From the IMG/VR virus record IMGVR_UViG_3300031998_000051, positions 13,819-77,818 of that record: a stretch of 64,000 nt of DNA; one strand, written 5' to 3'. The position numbers and the translations under genes were made by a program. This document shows, in pieces, positions 35,587-46,849 of the stretch. Position 1 is the stretch's first letter. Each line of letters opens with the position of its first letter. Under the pieces are notes generated by a model. That model saw nothing but the letters and a program-made list of their open reading frames with translations, did not search any database and had not been told where the DNA came from. This DNA comes from a virus (taxonomy: Duplodnaviria; Caudoviricetes).

Positions 35587-36024
35587 GTGAGCTTCACTGT
35601 TCCGGGTGAGCCTGTCGGTAAGGCTCGCCCGAAAACAGTGAACATAAAGAACAGGGCTACAACGGTAACGTTCACGCCGGAGAAAACGGTGATATATGAA
35701 AACCTTGTGAAGGTCGAGTATCAACAACAATGCCATAACTTCTACTTCGGTGAGAAGCAACCATTGATAATGGAGATCATCTGTTATTACGGAATGCCGA
35801 AGTCTGACAGCAAGAAAAAACGGGCCGCGAAGCTGGCTGGAGAGATCAGGCCAACGAAGAAGCCGGACATCGACAACTGCATCAAAGCCATTGCAGATTC
35901 TTTGAACACTATCGCATACAAGGATGATACGCAAATCGTAAAGGTGGTTGCGGAAAAACGATATTCGGAGAAGCCCAGAGTGGAGATTACGATTTCGGAC
36001 ATAAATGAGGAGGACGGCAGATGA
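35587..36024 (+). CDS. rusA: RusA-like Holliday junction resolvase
   Basis: FTVPGEPVGKARP, KKPDIDNCIKAIADSLN..AYKDD.QIV. Start codon uncertain. Confidence 0.88.
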   Translation: MSFTVPGEPVGKARPKTVNIKNRATTVTFTPEKTVIYENLVKVEYQQQCHNFYFGEKQPLIMEIICYYGMPKSDSKKKRAAKLAGEIRPTKKPDIDNCIKAIADSLNTIAYKDDTQIVKVVAEKRYSEKPRVEITISDINEEDGR

Positions 36025-36897
36025 AACCCTACCCTATCACGTCTCCCGATCATTTGCGTGACCTCACGAAAATGGTCAAGTGGGACAAGGACAAGAAGGC
36101 CATATGGGATTTCGCCGATGACTGGTTTCGGAAAGGCGATCAGCGCCAGGTTACGCTTGAAGTCGGCAGTAGCGCCCAGGTGGTCTACACCACCGACAAG
36201 AAGCGGATCGTGCTGGCGACGCTGTATCAGCGGGCGGCAAAGGACTATGTGAACGGAGTGAGGGTATGAGCCATCTTCGCATACCGCAGCTCAAGGAGCG
36301 CTGGCACAATATTCCGCGCAATGAGGAAGTTGTCATCGCGCTTTGTCAGACACCGCACATTCAGCTTCATAATGGCAGGGCATACGACACCAAGGATGCG
36401 GATCCTGCGATGCTGGATTACTATCATCGGATGGAGCAGAGCGCATTGATGAAGCATGATAATCGAAAAGTTATCAACTCCACACACTTTCTGGAACTTG
36501 CAGAGAAGTACAGGCAGAGACGGGAGAGCATGGAAGCGATTTTGAAGGAGCTGGATGAATGATTTACATGACACAGATTCAGCTGAAAACCGCGCTGGAT
36601 GATATTCCGACAAGTGAAAACATCAATATTGCCCTGTGCAGTGTTCCGGCATATCAGGTAAACGGTATTGATACATATGAGCGCAGGCGGGCAGCGGAAG
36701 CAATCGCGTTATTCTATCGCCGGAGGGCAAGCGAGAACTGGGAAAAGGATCGCCGCAGCTATTCGAAAAAGAAGAAAACACGGCACTATGCCGACATGGC
36801 CAGAAACTGGCTCAAAAAGGCGCAGGCCATTGAGAGAATCATTCTGAAGTGGGACATGGAGGAGAAGCCGGATGAACATTATCAAGCCGTCATTTGA
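36021..36897 (+). CDS. Three overlapping hypothetical genes (36021-36269, 36266-36562, 36559-36897)
   Basis: ATGA-type coupled ORFs with protein-like composition. Confidence 0.55.
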
Positions 36898-37819
36898 GAT
36901 TCTGGAACGCGACGAGAAGCGCGGCGGACTGGCCATTATCGAACTGGCCGGACGCACCTGCTACAAGAGCGATCCGGGCAAGACGCCGGAGAGCGCCGAG
37001 AAGTTTGCCCGCGGGCTTATCAAGCGCCATCACAATTCCGTGCTGGAGCACGGCGATATGATTTTCGAAGTCAATGACAACATCTATGAAACGCTGCGCT
37101 CCATGCTCATTAACATTGATGACGCCGGTGAACCGGTGCCTATGCTGAACATGACGCGGATCGGCGGCAGGTGCATCGTCTCCGGCAACATTCGTGCATG
37201 GCGGGAACTGTTCGCCATCGGCGAACCGATCAGCATCGCATTCATCGGACACTTTGAACCGGTTTTCGTGAAGGGCTATGGATTCAGATTTGAGGAGTAT
37301 GTCGGAGAACCGCATATGTATGTCCGGCAGATCTTCTATAGCTCCCTTCATGAGTGCAATGAAAAGCTGGTGCATATCCGGCAGTCGGTTCGGTTTATCT
37401 GTGACCGCGCTATTCAGAATGAATTTGTGCGGCATCGCACGGCGAGCTTCAGCGTTGAGAGCAGCCGATACTGCAACTACTCGCAGGATCGTTTCAATAA
37501 CGAGATCACGGTCATTGAGCCGTCATTCCTGATTCCGGGAACCAAGGCATACAGGCTTTGGGAATCGTCCTGTGAGACCAATGAAGATGCGTATTTCATG
37601 CAGCTCAACGAAGGCTTGATGGCGCAGGAAGCCCGAAATGTTCTCCCGTTGTCGCTGAAAACCGAAATGGTTATGACCGGCAACCTTCGCGCCTGGAATC
37701 ATTTCTTCGATATGCGAGCGCGGCAGACTACCGGGCAAGCCCATCCGCAGGCGGTGGAGCTGGCGGCTCCATTGATGGGCGAAATGACTATGCGTTTCCC
37801 GGATGTCTTTGGCGAGTAG
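36872..37819 (+). CDS. thyX: FAD-dependent thymidylate synthase
   Basis: AGRTCYKS, HNSVLEHG, EFVRHRTASFSVESSRYCNY (RHRx7SxR motif), EARNVLP. Confidence 0.9.
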   Translation: MNIIKPSFEILERDEKRGGLAIIELAGRTCYKSDPGKTPESAEKFARGLIKRHHNSVLEHGDMIFEVNDNIYETLRSMLINIDDAGEPVPMLNMTRIGGRCIVSGNIRAWRELFAIGEPISIAFIGHFEPVFVKGYGFRFEEYVGEPHMYVRQIFYSSLHECNEKLVHIRQSVRFICDRAIQNEFVRHRTASFSVESSRYCNYSQDRFNNEITVIEPSFLIPGTKAYRLWESSCETNEDAYFMQLNEGLMAQEARNVLPLSLKTEMVMTGNLRAWNHFFDMRARQTTGQAHPQAVELAAPLMGEMTMRFPDVFGE

Positions 37820-37821
37820 CC

Positions 37822-38997
37822 ATGTACAAGATATTCATTGTCGAGAATGGCGAGAGGTATTACCTGCGCGACTGGTTCGTCTATGAAGACAATGATTGCC
37901 TGGTATTTACTGCCAATGGTAAGTACGCGATGCGATTCAAGAGCCTAACATTGATGAACGATTACATTTATCAGTTGAAGGCGAACGGCTACAGTCCGAG
38001 AACGGAATACTTTTGAAAGGAGCGAAAAACCGTGAAGCAGACCACCATACAGATTAGCATTTTCGAGACCGGCGATCTGGTTGAGATTGACTTCGATGGG
38101 ATTCGATTGGCGAATAAGCGTCGCAGTCTTGCGAACGTATCCAAGGGGCTGATCCTCTCGACGAAGGAAAAGATGGATGGATCCTTCTCCTACAAGGTGC
38201 TGGGCGACAACGGCGTGGTGATAACGCTGCAGCAGAACGAGCTCAAGAACAATGTGTGTCTTGGTCATATTGACCTGACCATGTTGCTCGGTAAGGATGA
38301 AAACAATGGCTGACAGAGCATTGGTGATTAAGACCTACGGCAACCCGGAGATCGCCGGAGCGATTGTGGACGGATTGTCCAGGCAGATGATCCCGCTGAA
38401 CTGTGCGGAACTTGACGCGGTGAAAGCCGAATTGAAACGCCTCCAGGCGCGTGAAGGTACGCGGCAGTATCGGCAACGCAAGGACTGGGATGCTACAAGC
38501 GCTGAGCTTCGGCGCAAGTATGGTGTAAAGCCTCATGGGGCGGCTTATGACTACTTCGTGATTGCGTGGGCGCTGACATCCCTGACAGTAGCCGAATGCT
38601 GTCGGCGTTTGTCGGTTCGGATAAGGGAGGGCAAGCATCGATGTTAGTGGTGCTGTTCATTCTGGGCGCGATCTTCGGCGGATGTGCGGTAATCATCAAC
38701 CAGCGTATGGTGGAATTGCAGACGGAGTGTTTTCGCAAGAAGATAGACCGTTTGCAGGACAAGCTCCACAACGACAGAGTTGAGTTTGAAAGCAGGAACG
38801 CTTATCGGGCAGGATATCGGGATGGTTATAGAGCCAATACGGCTATCAAAGGACGAATGTCCGATAAAGGAGTGAGACACGATGGACAAACGGCAGAAGG
38901 AGATAACGCTGCGGGAAATCATAACGGAAGCCGCAGACCAAAGCGCAAAGAAGGTGCTGAAGCTTCAGCAAAACAAGCCTCCGCGCAAAGAGATTAA
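37822..38997 (+). CDS. Four hypothetical genes (37822-38016, 38032-38313, 38306-38647, 38641-38997)
   Basis: Consecutive ORFs with RBSs; the last has an N-terminal TM helix. Confidence 0.5.
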
Positions 38998-39586
38998 AAA
39001 CAGCTACTATCAGGCTATGGAATCCCTGCTTCGAGCCTATCCAATTCGTGTGCGCATGATGGAGCATCCCGAGGAATTTGAATTCTACAAGCCTGATCAC
39101 TCAAAAGATATCAGCATTGCGCCGCCTCCCGGAACCGGCGTTGTTGACAAGATCGAATCTGCCGAGATGTATATCGAGGGTCGGAAACGCGCCTATGAAC
39201 ATGAAGTATTCCGGCGGCTTGAAGTAGAATACGCTATGGCTCCATTCAAACATCGGCAGGAGTTCCACGTTATCCGATTGTTCTACTTTAATGAGGACGC
39301 GCATGGGAATTTTCGTGGATTGGATGCTAAGCATCTGACATGGGAAGAAATCGCCGCAGAGATGGAAAGTATCGGAATCCAACGCTCCATTACGGTGCTT
39401 CGTCGGTGGCGCTCATCTCTTGTGCGTGAGATGACCATTATGATGTTCGGTGCGGACGGCGCATTGGATATAGAATCAAATCGCAAGGAGGATAAGCATG
39501 GCACACAAGACAATGGACATGAAGGGTCGGTTCTTCCTGTACAACAGGAAGAATCGGATGTACCTGCACAGGAAGGGAACGCTTGA
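38882..39586 (+). CDS. Putative phage transcriptional activator (ArpU/RinA-like)
   Basis: MESLLRAYP N-terminus; C-terminal HTH-like TWEEIAAEM....SITVLRRWRSSLV..M. Confidence 0.6.
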   Translation: MDKRQKEITLREIITEAADQSAKKVLKLQQNKPPRKEIKNSYYQAMESLLRAYPIRVRMMEHPEEFEFYKPDHSKDISIAPPPGTGVVDKIESAEMYIEGRKRAYEHEVFRRLEVEYAMAPFKHRQEFHVIRLFYFNEDAHGNFRGLDAKHLTWEEIAAEMESIGIQRSITVLRRWRSSLVREMTIMMFGADGALDIESNRKEDKHGTQDNGHEGSVLPVQQEESDVPAQEGNA

Positions 39587-40035
39587 TGACGGTTACGGGC
39601 CACAGGCATACATTTACTGGTCGCCGTATTTCGTAAGTGCACAAGGATTTGACAGCCGCAAGGCCGCAGAATCGATGCGCAGGAATCTGAAAGCGGAAGG
39701 CCACATCGTGGAGATCGTGACTGAAGCGCAGAAGAGGTATCCTGATGCGAAAAAGAAAACCGGTCGTTAATTACCGCATCTATCCGTATCCAATTTATTC
39801 TTGCCCGGTTTGCGATTGCAATCTCGCGTTCAGCGGATACTGGCGTGCGAAGTTTTGCCCGGAATGCGGATTAGGAATTGACTGGACTGGTTTTTCGCCG
39901 GAGCGCGATCCAGTTGAAGAAGCAAAGCCCTGGAGGGCTGGCTGGTGGGATTGGCGCACGGAAGATAAGAATCGACATGAACGGGAGGAGGACGCAAAGA
40001 AATGTCAAGGCTCGAAGACGTCGTTAAGGCGCTGA
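39498..40035 (+). CDS. Two hypothetical genes (39498-39770; 39745-40035, Zn ribbon)
   Basis: Second has CPVC...FCPECG..IDW. Confidence 0.55.
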
Positions 40036-40469
40036 AATGTTGCCCGAATGGGTTTTGCATTCCGCATTGTCCTTATTCTGGTATCGGCGCAAAGGATGAC
40101 ACGGACACCTGCAAAAGGCAACTGTTCGATGATGCTGCCGATCTGCTGGCAACGCAGGAAAAGCAGATTGAGCTTCAGTACACCACCATCGAGAAGCTGG
40201 CGTTATACATCAAATGCAATGCGCCAAGGCTCATGACGCTGGAAGAAGTCAATGCGATGGGCTGGGATTGCTGCTATCTCGAAGAAGAGATGATGAACGA
40301 TGTGGCGCTTCACCAGATATTCGGCAAGCATCACGTTCGTTGCATCACATGGCCTATGATCACATCCTGCAAGCTGATGTATGGCGAGGACTCATACAAT
40401 AAGCGTTGGCGGTGCTGGGACAAGAAGCCTTCCGATTCTGACAGAGAGGCGGCAAAGTGGGATGTCTAA
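40002..40469 (+). CDS. PRVMT...WRCW cassette-family protein
   Basis: APRLMTLEE and YNKRWRCWDKKPSDSDREAAKW. Confidence 0.7.
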   Translation: MSRLEDVVKALKCCPNGFCIPHCPYSGIGAKDDTDTCKRQLFDDAADLLATQEKQIELQYTTIEKLALYIKCNAPRLMTLEEVNAMGWDCCYLEEEMMNDVALHQIFGKHHVRCITWPMITSCKLMYGEDSYNKRWRCWDKKPSDSDREAAKWDV

Positions 40470-40740
40470 GCGCAGGCAGAATCAGAATGTGCAGTGGTAT
40501 TACATCAGCCGCAATACGAATCAGGATTTGCTTCAAGGAATCAGTGTTCTTGACAACAGGCACAATATGCCGATTGTCATTTGGACGCCGCACAATACAT
40601 TCTCACTTGCCCGGCGCTTTTCGACGGTCGACAATGCCATACGCTACATCGAAACAATGCACCTTTCCAATGTCTCAGTAGTCGATAAAGACTGCAATGT
40701 TTTCTGGGAGAACGAGGAGGAAGCCCATGACCGATTATAA
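40462..40740 (+). CDS. Hypothetical protein
   Basis: Starts MSKRRQNQ, overlapping the previous stop. Confidence 0.5.
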   Translation: MSKRRQNQNVQWYYISRNTNQDLLQGISVLDNRHNMPIVIWTPHNTFSLARRFSTVDNAIRYIETMHLSNVSVVDKDCNVFWENEEEAHDRL

Positions 40741-41146
40741 GAAGGTGCTTTCCGGCGTGAACCGGTGCATTGCAAGAGAAGCGCCGTTGTGTCCCTACTA
40801 TCCGTGCGCACGGGATGGCGCTGTGGAGTGCGGATTGCTGGCCGACGTCCAGAAGGTTCTGAAGTTCAAAGAGCCTCGCGTGATGACCTTTGATGAGGTT
40901 CAGAGCTTGACGGATGAAATCTGTCAGTGGATGTGGATCGAAGAGCGCCAGCACGTGACATGGAATCTTCACCATATGCGGACATTCGTCTATTCGTATC
41001 ATCCTGATAACGGTAGCTTTTACATCATGGCGAACTGCCATCACGACATCGTGAAGCTGGAGGGCGATGAATACAACAAATCATGGCGGGCATGGACGGT
41101 AGAGCCGACACACTATCAGCAGGAGGCAGTACCGTGGAAGGATTGA
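40727..41146 (+). CDS. PRVMT...WRCW cassette-family protein
   Basis: KEPRVMTFDE and YNKSWRAWTVEPT..QQEAVPW. Confidence 0.7.
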   Translation: MTDYKKVLSGVNRCIAREAPLCPYYPCARDGAVECGLLADVQKVLKFKEPRVMTFDEVQSLTDEICQWMWIEERQHVTWNLHHMRTFVYSYHPDNGSFYIMANCHHDIVKLEGDEYNKSWRAWTVEPTHYQQEAVPWKD

Positions 41147-41308
41147 ATGTTGTGTATACCAGCAATCGCATTGATGTGGTGCGGTGTCGTGACTGCAAGT
41201 ATTCCCATATGACCGTTCATGACAGTTGCAAATTCTGCGACTTCTGGCAGGATGAAATCTATGTTGACGGCAGTTTCTATTGTGCCGCCGGAGAGAGAAG
41301 GGATGAAG

Positions 41309-41509
41309 ATGGCCTGTAATGATTATTGCGAAATCGACAAGCCGGAGCCGGGACCGTGCCCGAAATGTGGCGGCACACCGCTTATGAAGGTGAACACTCT
41401 GACGGCGTGGATCCGCTGCACGAAATGCGGATACTGCGTTGCAGCGGATGACGTAAAGAATGCCATCAAGGCATGGGAAGGAACAGAAGACAATGGCAAA
41501 GCTGATTGA
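41309..41509 (+). CDS. Lar-like (restriction alleviation) Zn-ribbon protein
   Basis: PCPKCGG....IRCTKCG.....AIKAW. Confidence 0.55.
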   Translation: MACNDYCEIDKPEPGPCPKCGGTPLMKVNTLTAWIRCTKCGYCVAADDVKNAIKAWEGTEDNGKAD

Positions 41510-42210
41510 TCCCATTAAACTGATAGAGCATCCGAAGAATACGCCGATGTTTGTCGAGTGTCGCGGCCAGAAGGAATTTCGATTCAAGGTTGCCTGGAAA
41601 TACAACGAGGAGCTGCATTGCGTTCTTCCAATCGGCGGAAAAATTCGATACGACATTGACAAGTATAACATCGGGTGGCGAGCTTGGGACGAATTGCCAA
41701 CAGAGCAGGATCTGGATACCACGCCCTGGATACGGGAGGATACGCAATGAAGATCATTGACGGTCACGCCATGATAAAGCGCGTGGAGGAGCTATACCGC
41801 AAGGGAGGTGTTGATCTGTCGTATTTCAATATTGTTCGTGAAGCTGTCCAGATGGAACCCGCATTACATCTGGATGAGATGACAAAAGAAACGCCAGAGA
41901 ATGAAAAGTAGTACATGAATCTGGAGGCATAAAAATGGCAAAACTTCTTGACTACTGGGATGCGGCAAACTGCCGTGATCTCATCTATTTGGAAGTATTC
42001 TCGGCGGTAAAAGGAACCACAGTTGTCATTCCGGCAAAGCTGCATCGGATTGAATCAGGAATGCTGATTTACACCGATGATACCCAATTTGGACATGGTT
42101 GTATGCAAAAGGATTACAACGTCTGGGATATATTCGGATGGCGTCCGTGGAATTCAGAACCGACTGACGAAGAAAGGATTCATGAAACATGGGCAGCGTA
42201 TCGAAGATAG
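41493..42210 (+). CDS. Three small genes (41493-41750 and 41935-42210 cassette-family C-motif; 41747-41911 hypothetical)
   Basis: YNIGWRAWDELPTEQD...PW and YNVW..GWRPWNSEPTDEER...TW. Confidence 0.6.
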
Positions 42211-42980
42211 ATTGGTGCGATTCTTCATGGTCGCCTGTCACCGGATGCCTGCATGGGTGTGAATACTGTTATGCGCGGAGAATCGCGGAGCGGTTCGGTT
42301 CACATCAGATGCCGATATTTGTAGATTATCCTATTCTGTGTGAGCCTGTACGCTGTACAGACACATACGAGTATATGCGCATGGCAGGGATAAGCGCCGG
42401 GAGGATTCAGCCCTATCCATTTGACTTCACGCCGACATTTCATCGGTATCGCTTGGATATTCCGAAGAAGTGGACGAAGCCGCGCACAATATTCGTCTGC
42501 TCTATGGCTGATCTATTCGGCGAATGGGTGCCGGATGAGTGGATCAAGGCCGTATTTGATGCCTGCGAACAAGCACCACAGCATCGATACCTGTTTCTTA
42601 CCAAGAATCCATCCAGGTATACACAGCTTATGGAAAAGGGCATTGTTCTTCCGAATTACATCAAATGGTGGTACGGATATACCATTGACGGCTTGAAGTC
42701 TGTTCCACGCGACGCACCAATCAATAAAGGCGTGTTTTGCAGCGTTGAGCCGATTCAGCGCAAGCCGGATTTGCGGATGCTTGATGAAATCGCCATGACA
42801 TCCTGGGCGATTATCGGCGCGGAGACAGGCAATCGCAAAGGGAAGATTATCCCGGAGCGGAGTTGGATTGAATCCATCATTAATCGGTGCAGGGATGAAA
42901 TGATCCCGGTTTTCATGAAGGAAAGCCTGCGCGACTTGATGGACAGCGATTTCAAACAGGAATATCCGTGGGAGGTTTAA
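42189..42980 (+). CDS. DUF5131 / phage Gp37-Gp68-like protein
   Basis: SKIDWCD.SW.PVTGC..GC.YCYA, IFVCSM.DLF, YLFLTKNP, WAIIGAETG. Confidence 0.85.
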   Translation: MGSVSKIDWCDSSWSPVTGCLHGCEYCYARRIAERFGSHQMPIFVDYPILCEPVRCTDTYEYMRMAGISAGRIQPYPFDFTPTFHRYRLDIPKKWTKPRTIFVCSMADLFGEWVPDEWIKAVFDACEQAPQHRYLFLTKNPSRYTQLMEKGIVLPNYIKWWYGYTIDGLKSVPRDAPINKGVFCSVEPIQRKPDLRMLDEIAMTSWAIIGAETGNRKGKIIPERSWIESIINRCRDEMIPVFMKESLRDLMDSDFKQEYPWEV

Positions 42981-42983
42981 GGT

Positions 42984-44315
42984 TTGAGAGAGATTGTCGT
43001 TGATAACTTCGCCGGAGGCGGCGGCGCATCAACCGGTATTGAGATTGCTATCGGGCGCAGTGTGGACATCGCCATCAATCATGATCCGGCAGCCATCGCA
43101 ATGCATCGGGCGAATCATCCGACCACAACGCACTATACGGAGGATGTGTGGAAGGTGGATCCCGTGGAAGCTTGCGCAGGACATCCCGTGGCGCTGGCAT
43201 GGTTCTCTCCTGACTGCAAGCACCATTCCAAAGCTAAGGGCGGCAAGCCGGTAGACAAGCATATTCGCGGCCTTGCATGGGTGGCAGTCAGATGGGCAAA
43301 AGCGGTGCATCCCAGGGTGATCATGCTGGAGAACGTCGAGGAATTCATGGACTGGGGCAGGCTGGACGCAAACAGCCGCCCTGATCCACGGTACAAGGGC
43401 GAAACATTCAGACGCTTCATCCACCAACTGGAGAGGCAGGGCTACCATGTGGAATACAAGCTGCTCCGCGCTTGTGACTATGGGGCTCCCACCATCCGGA
43501 AGCGATTCTTCCTGATCGCCAGGTGCGACGGTCAGCCCATCCGCTGGCCAGAGCCGACACACGGCGATCCTGACGGTCTGGAAGTCTTGGCGGGATTGAA
43601 AAAGCCATGGGTGCCGGTGGCCGATGTGCTGGACTTCTCGTTACCATGTCCTTCCATCTTCGCCACATCTGAGGAGATCATGGAACAGTACGGCATCCGG
43701 GCAGTAAGGCCACTATCAGAAAAGACATTGCAGCGGATAGCGCGAGGCATTGAGAAGTTCGTGCTTGAAAACCCGAAGCCGTTTCTGATTCAGTATCACG
43801 ACAGTGCGGAGTTTCGAGGGCAGGGCGTAGACAAGCCGCTTCAAACCGTGGACGCATCGAACCGCTATGGCCTGGTATCGGCCTTTATCAGTCAGTTCAA
43901 CAACAACAGCGTCGGGCAGGAACTGACAATGCCGCTCAACACCATGACTGCGAGAAGCAATCACTTTGCGGAGGTCTGTGCTTTCTTGGTGAAATACTAC
44001 GGGAACGGAGAGAATGCTGTATCGTGCGCGTCACCTGCGCCAACCATCACGGCAAAGGACCGGCTCGGATTGGTGACGGTCAAAGGGCAGGATTACCGGA
44101 TCGTGGACATTGGTTTGCGAATGCTGACGCCGAGGGAACTCTTCGATGCCCAGGGTTTTCCGCCTGACTACATCATCGACGTGGACGCCGACGGAAAGAC
44201 CTATCCGAAAAGTGAACAGGTGGCGCGGTGTGGAAACGCCGTATGCCCACCGATACCGACAGCACTTGTGAGGGCAAATCTGCCGGAGCTGTGCAAGTTT
44301 GAATCCAGTGCGTAA
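42984..44315 (+). CDS. C5 cytosine DNA methyltransferase
   Basis: DNFAGGGG, FSPDCKHHS, MLENVEEF, T.RKRFF, GNAVCP. Confidence 0.92.
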   Translation: MREIVVDNFAGGGGASTGIEIAIGRSVDIAINHDPAAIAMHRANHPTTTHYTEDVWKVDPVEACAGHPVALAWFSPDCKHHSKAKGGKPVDKHIRGLAWVAVRWAKAVHPRVIMLENVEEFMDWGRLDANSRPDPRYKGETFRRFIHQLERQGYHVEYKLLRACDYGAPTIRKRFFLIARCDGQPIRWPEPTHGDPDGLEVLAGLKKPWVPVADVLDFSLPCPSIFATSEEIMEQYGIRAVRPLSEKTLQRIARGIEKFVLENPKPFLIQYHDSAEFRGQGVDKPLQTVDASNRYGLVSAFISQFNNNSVGQELTMPLNTMTARSNHFAEVCAFLVKYYGNGENAVSCASPAPTITAKDRLGLVTVKGQDYRIVDIGLRMLTPRELFDAQGFPPDYIIDVDADGKTYPKSEQVARCGNAVCPPIPTALVRANLPELCKFESSA

Positions 44316-44332
44316 ATTCATAGGAGCAGAAT

Positions 44333-45157
44333 ATGAAGTGTGAATTGTATCATGATTCCTTCCAGAATTGGAAGCGGTGGCCGATCCAGAAAGCCCAGCT
44401 GATTATCGCCGACATTCCGTATAACCTGGGCGATGCCGCATACGGCTCGAATCCCATGTGGTACATTGGAGGCGACAATAAGAACGGAGAAAGTGATAAA
44501 GCCAAGAGCAGCTTTTTTCACAGTGACGGCTATTTTCGGATCTCCGAATACTTCATGTTCTGCTCCCGATTGATGAAGCCTGAACCGAAACAAGGCAAGG
44601 GCGGCGCTCCGTGTATGATCGTATTCTGTGCCTTCCAACAGCAGGCTGATGTCATTCATTGGGCGGCTGATGCCGGATTCGGAAAGTATATCCCGTTGGT
44701 TTTTATCAAGAACTACAGTCCGCAGGTGCTCAAGGCCAACATGAAGATCGTCGGCGCAACAGAACACGCTCTGGTGCTGTACCGGGATCGGCTTCCGAAG
44801 TTCAATAATCATGGCAAGATGATCTTCAACTGGATGCCCTATGAAAGAGACGGACCGTCTGTTCCGAAAATCCATCCGACGCAGAAGCCTGTAAAACTGC
44901 TGAAACGGCTAATTGACATTTTTACGGATGTCGGAGATGTGGTGATTGACCCTTGCGCGGGAAGCGGATCCACGTTGCGGGCGGCAGCGGAAATGCGGCG
45001 CAATGCCTATGGATTCGAGATTGATAAGGGCTTCTATCAAAAAGCACAGTCGGAAATGTTGAAGTCGATTACACTGGATCAGGTCAGTATCCTGGATTTG
45101 GAAGCGGATGACAGAATCCGTCAACGGCAATCACAGATGAAAATCGAGGTGGAATGA
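44333..45157 (+). CDS. N4/N6 DNA methyltransferase (beta class)
   Basis: ADIPY, HPTQKP, DPCAGSGST. Confidence 0.9.
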   Translation: MKCELYHDSFQNWKRWPIQKAQLIIADIPYNLGDAAYGSNPMWYIGGDNKNGESDKAKSSFFHSDGYFRISEYFMFCSRLMKPEPKQGKGGAPCMIVFCAFQQQADVIHWAADAGFGKYIPLVFIKNYSPQVLKANMKIVGATEHALVLYRDRLPKFNNHGKMIFNWMPYERDGPSVPKIHPTQKPVKLLKRLIDIFTDVGDVVIDPCAGSGSTLRAAAEMRRNAYGFEIDKGFYQKAQSEMLKSITLDQVSILDLEADDRIRQRQSQMKIEVE

Positions 45158-45158
45158 G

Positions 45159-46134
45159 ATGGGTTATACCGATGAACCGCGCCAGTGCATTGTGGAGGAC
45201 GCGCAGGCGCTTTTCCACGGATGGGCTGATGTGGAAAAGCCGAACATTGAGGACGGCAAGCAGGTCGGCAGATGGAAGCAGGTGGTGGCAATCATTGAGT
45301 TTCGCAATGGTCATGTCAAAGCGGTGAATCCGACCGCCGTGCGGTTTCTGGACGGCGCGGAGATGTTTTCCAGGTACAGATGGGATATGAAGGAGAATGG
45401 TGAATAATGTCATCAAACAGCAAAGGCATAGATTGGCGTGCCGATTTGAAAAGCACAATGTGGGATATGTTCTGGGTAAAGCAGAACGCATCACCCGCCG
45501 ATACAGAAGCCGACAAAGAAGCGCTGAAGAATAACGTGGCGAGGCTGATCCGCATGGCAACACAAAAAATCGGGTATGACGGCACCAAGCGCACCAGCAA
45601 AAGCCCTTGACTGGAACAGCCTGGATACCACACTGATGATGATCGCTTGCGCGGCGACATCCCTCTGCTTGAATGGAGAATTTGGCGATATGCCAGAAAC
45701 GATTGAAGGTGATATTTGATGGTGCTTTACATTTGCGACTGCAAGAAACCTTGTGCGGCTGGTATCGGATGCCATCGCAGCGGTTCGGATGTCGGGTTAT
45801 GCAGCTACACAACGGACCCGGAACACGCGCTGTATGGGCCGTGCGCAGATCCGCAAAACCACCCGGAGCGTTTCGGTCGTGTTTTCAGTGATGAGACTGA
45901 TGCATGGAATGGTGACTATTACGAGAAGGAAGTGCAAAAGTGAAGATCATCAAAGAGGGCGATATTCGGCGACTGAACACGACCAGAAGATTTGAATGTC
46001 CTGCCTGTGGCTGCATCTGGTTAGCCAACGCATCGGAATACCGTAGAGAATGGGATCTTAATGACGCGCATATCGTTTGCAATTGTCCGACCTGCCACAA
46101 ATATGTATACAGAGAGATAAACCAGGACGATTGA
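45159..46134 (+). CDS. Four small hypothetical genes (45159-45407, 45407-45610, 45716-45943, 45940-46134)
   Basis: Coupled ORFs with RBSs; the last two are Cys-rich. Confidence 0.55.
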
Positions 46135-46691
46135 AGGACGTGATTGCTTTGGGTGGCAGATTATGGAAAGAGGATGAGATTCGGTTTCTGAAAAGAAATT
46201 CAAGCAGGGAGCTGTCATTTGTAGCAAGCTATTTGAATCGGACTGAAAATGCTGTCTATCAGAAAGCGATAAGTCTTGGATTGGATGTTCATCGCAGTCA
46301 AATATCCTCAAAAACATATAAGAAAGACCTTGAGCGGTTTAGTAGGTCCGGGCGCAAACGATACGATGAACGTAAAGAAGAAGGGCTTTGTACACGGTGT
46401 GGTAAGAGATGGGCCGAAGCAGGACGAAGGAAGTGCCGACCATGCCGGGAGCGCGACCAAAAGCATTACAGGAAAAACAACACCCGCGAATACCTGTATA
46501 ACTACAAGAAGCGTCAAAAAGCCGAACGCAAAGAGAATAACCTTTGCGTGAATTGTGGACAACCACTTGATTCGAGCGAGATCGGCATCAATACATTCTG
46601 CGCCAGATGTCGAGAGCAGAGAAGAGAGGCGCAGAATGTAAGACGGCTCCGAATGCGGATTCACGGCATCAAGCGCACAGATCGAAAGTGA
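46131..46691 (+). CDS. Myb-like HTH plus GxCxxC Zn-ribbon repeat protein
   Basis: W.EDEI.FL....L.RTENAV..KA..LGL; GLCTRCG...CRPC; LCVNCG...CARC. Confidence 0.65.
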   Translation: MKDVIALGGRLWKEDEIRFLKRNSSRELSFVASYLNRTENAVYQKAISLGLDVHRSQISSKTYKKDLERFSRSGRKRYDERKEEGLCTRCGKRWAEAGRRKCRPCRERDQKHYRKNNTREYLYNYKKRQKAERKENNLCVNCGQPLDSSEIGINTFCARCREQRREAQNVRRLRMRIHGIKRTDRK

Positions 46692-46702
46692 GGTGATTGG
46701 GT

Positions 46703-46849
46703 TTGGAAACAACACAGATTCAGATTGCGGTAGCAAGAGCAGACATCATACTTTCCTACGCCGGATTCATTCTGAAATACTTCATTCTGCCAGCTATAAT
46801 CGGCGGCGCGGTGGGCTGGCTGATCGGGTGGTGCAGGCGTGGGAAGTAG
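46703..46849 (+). CDS. 48-aa single-TM peptide, paralog of 15786-15926 (not in ORF track)
   Basis: GAGGTGA RBS, TTG start; (M)ETTQIQIAVARADIILSYAGFILKYFILPAIIGGAVGWLIGWCRRGK. Confidence 0.55.
   Translation: METTQIQIAVARADIILSYAGFILKYFILPAIIGGAVGWLIGWCRRGK

Noticed and set aside
34492-35934. Many ORF-track ORFs on both strands over the pentamer array
   Set aside because: Low-complexity R/G/P/T translations without RBS; a 5-nt periodicity cannot be maintained by codon selection.
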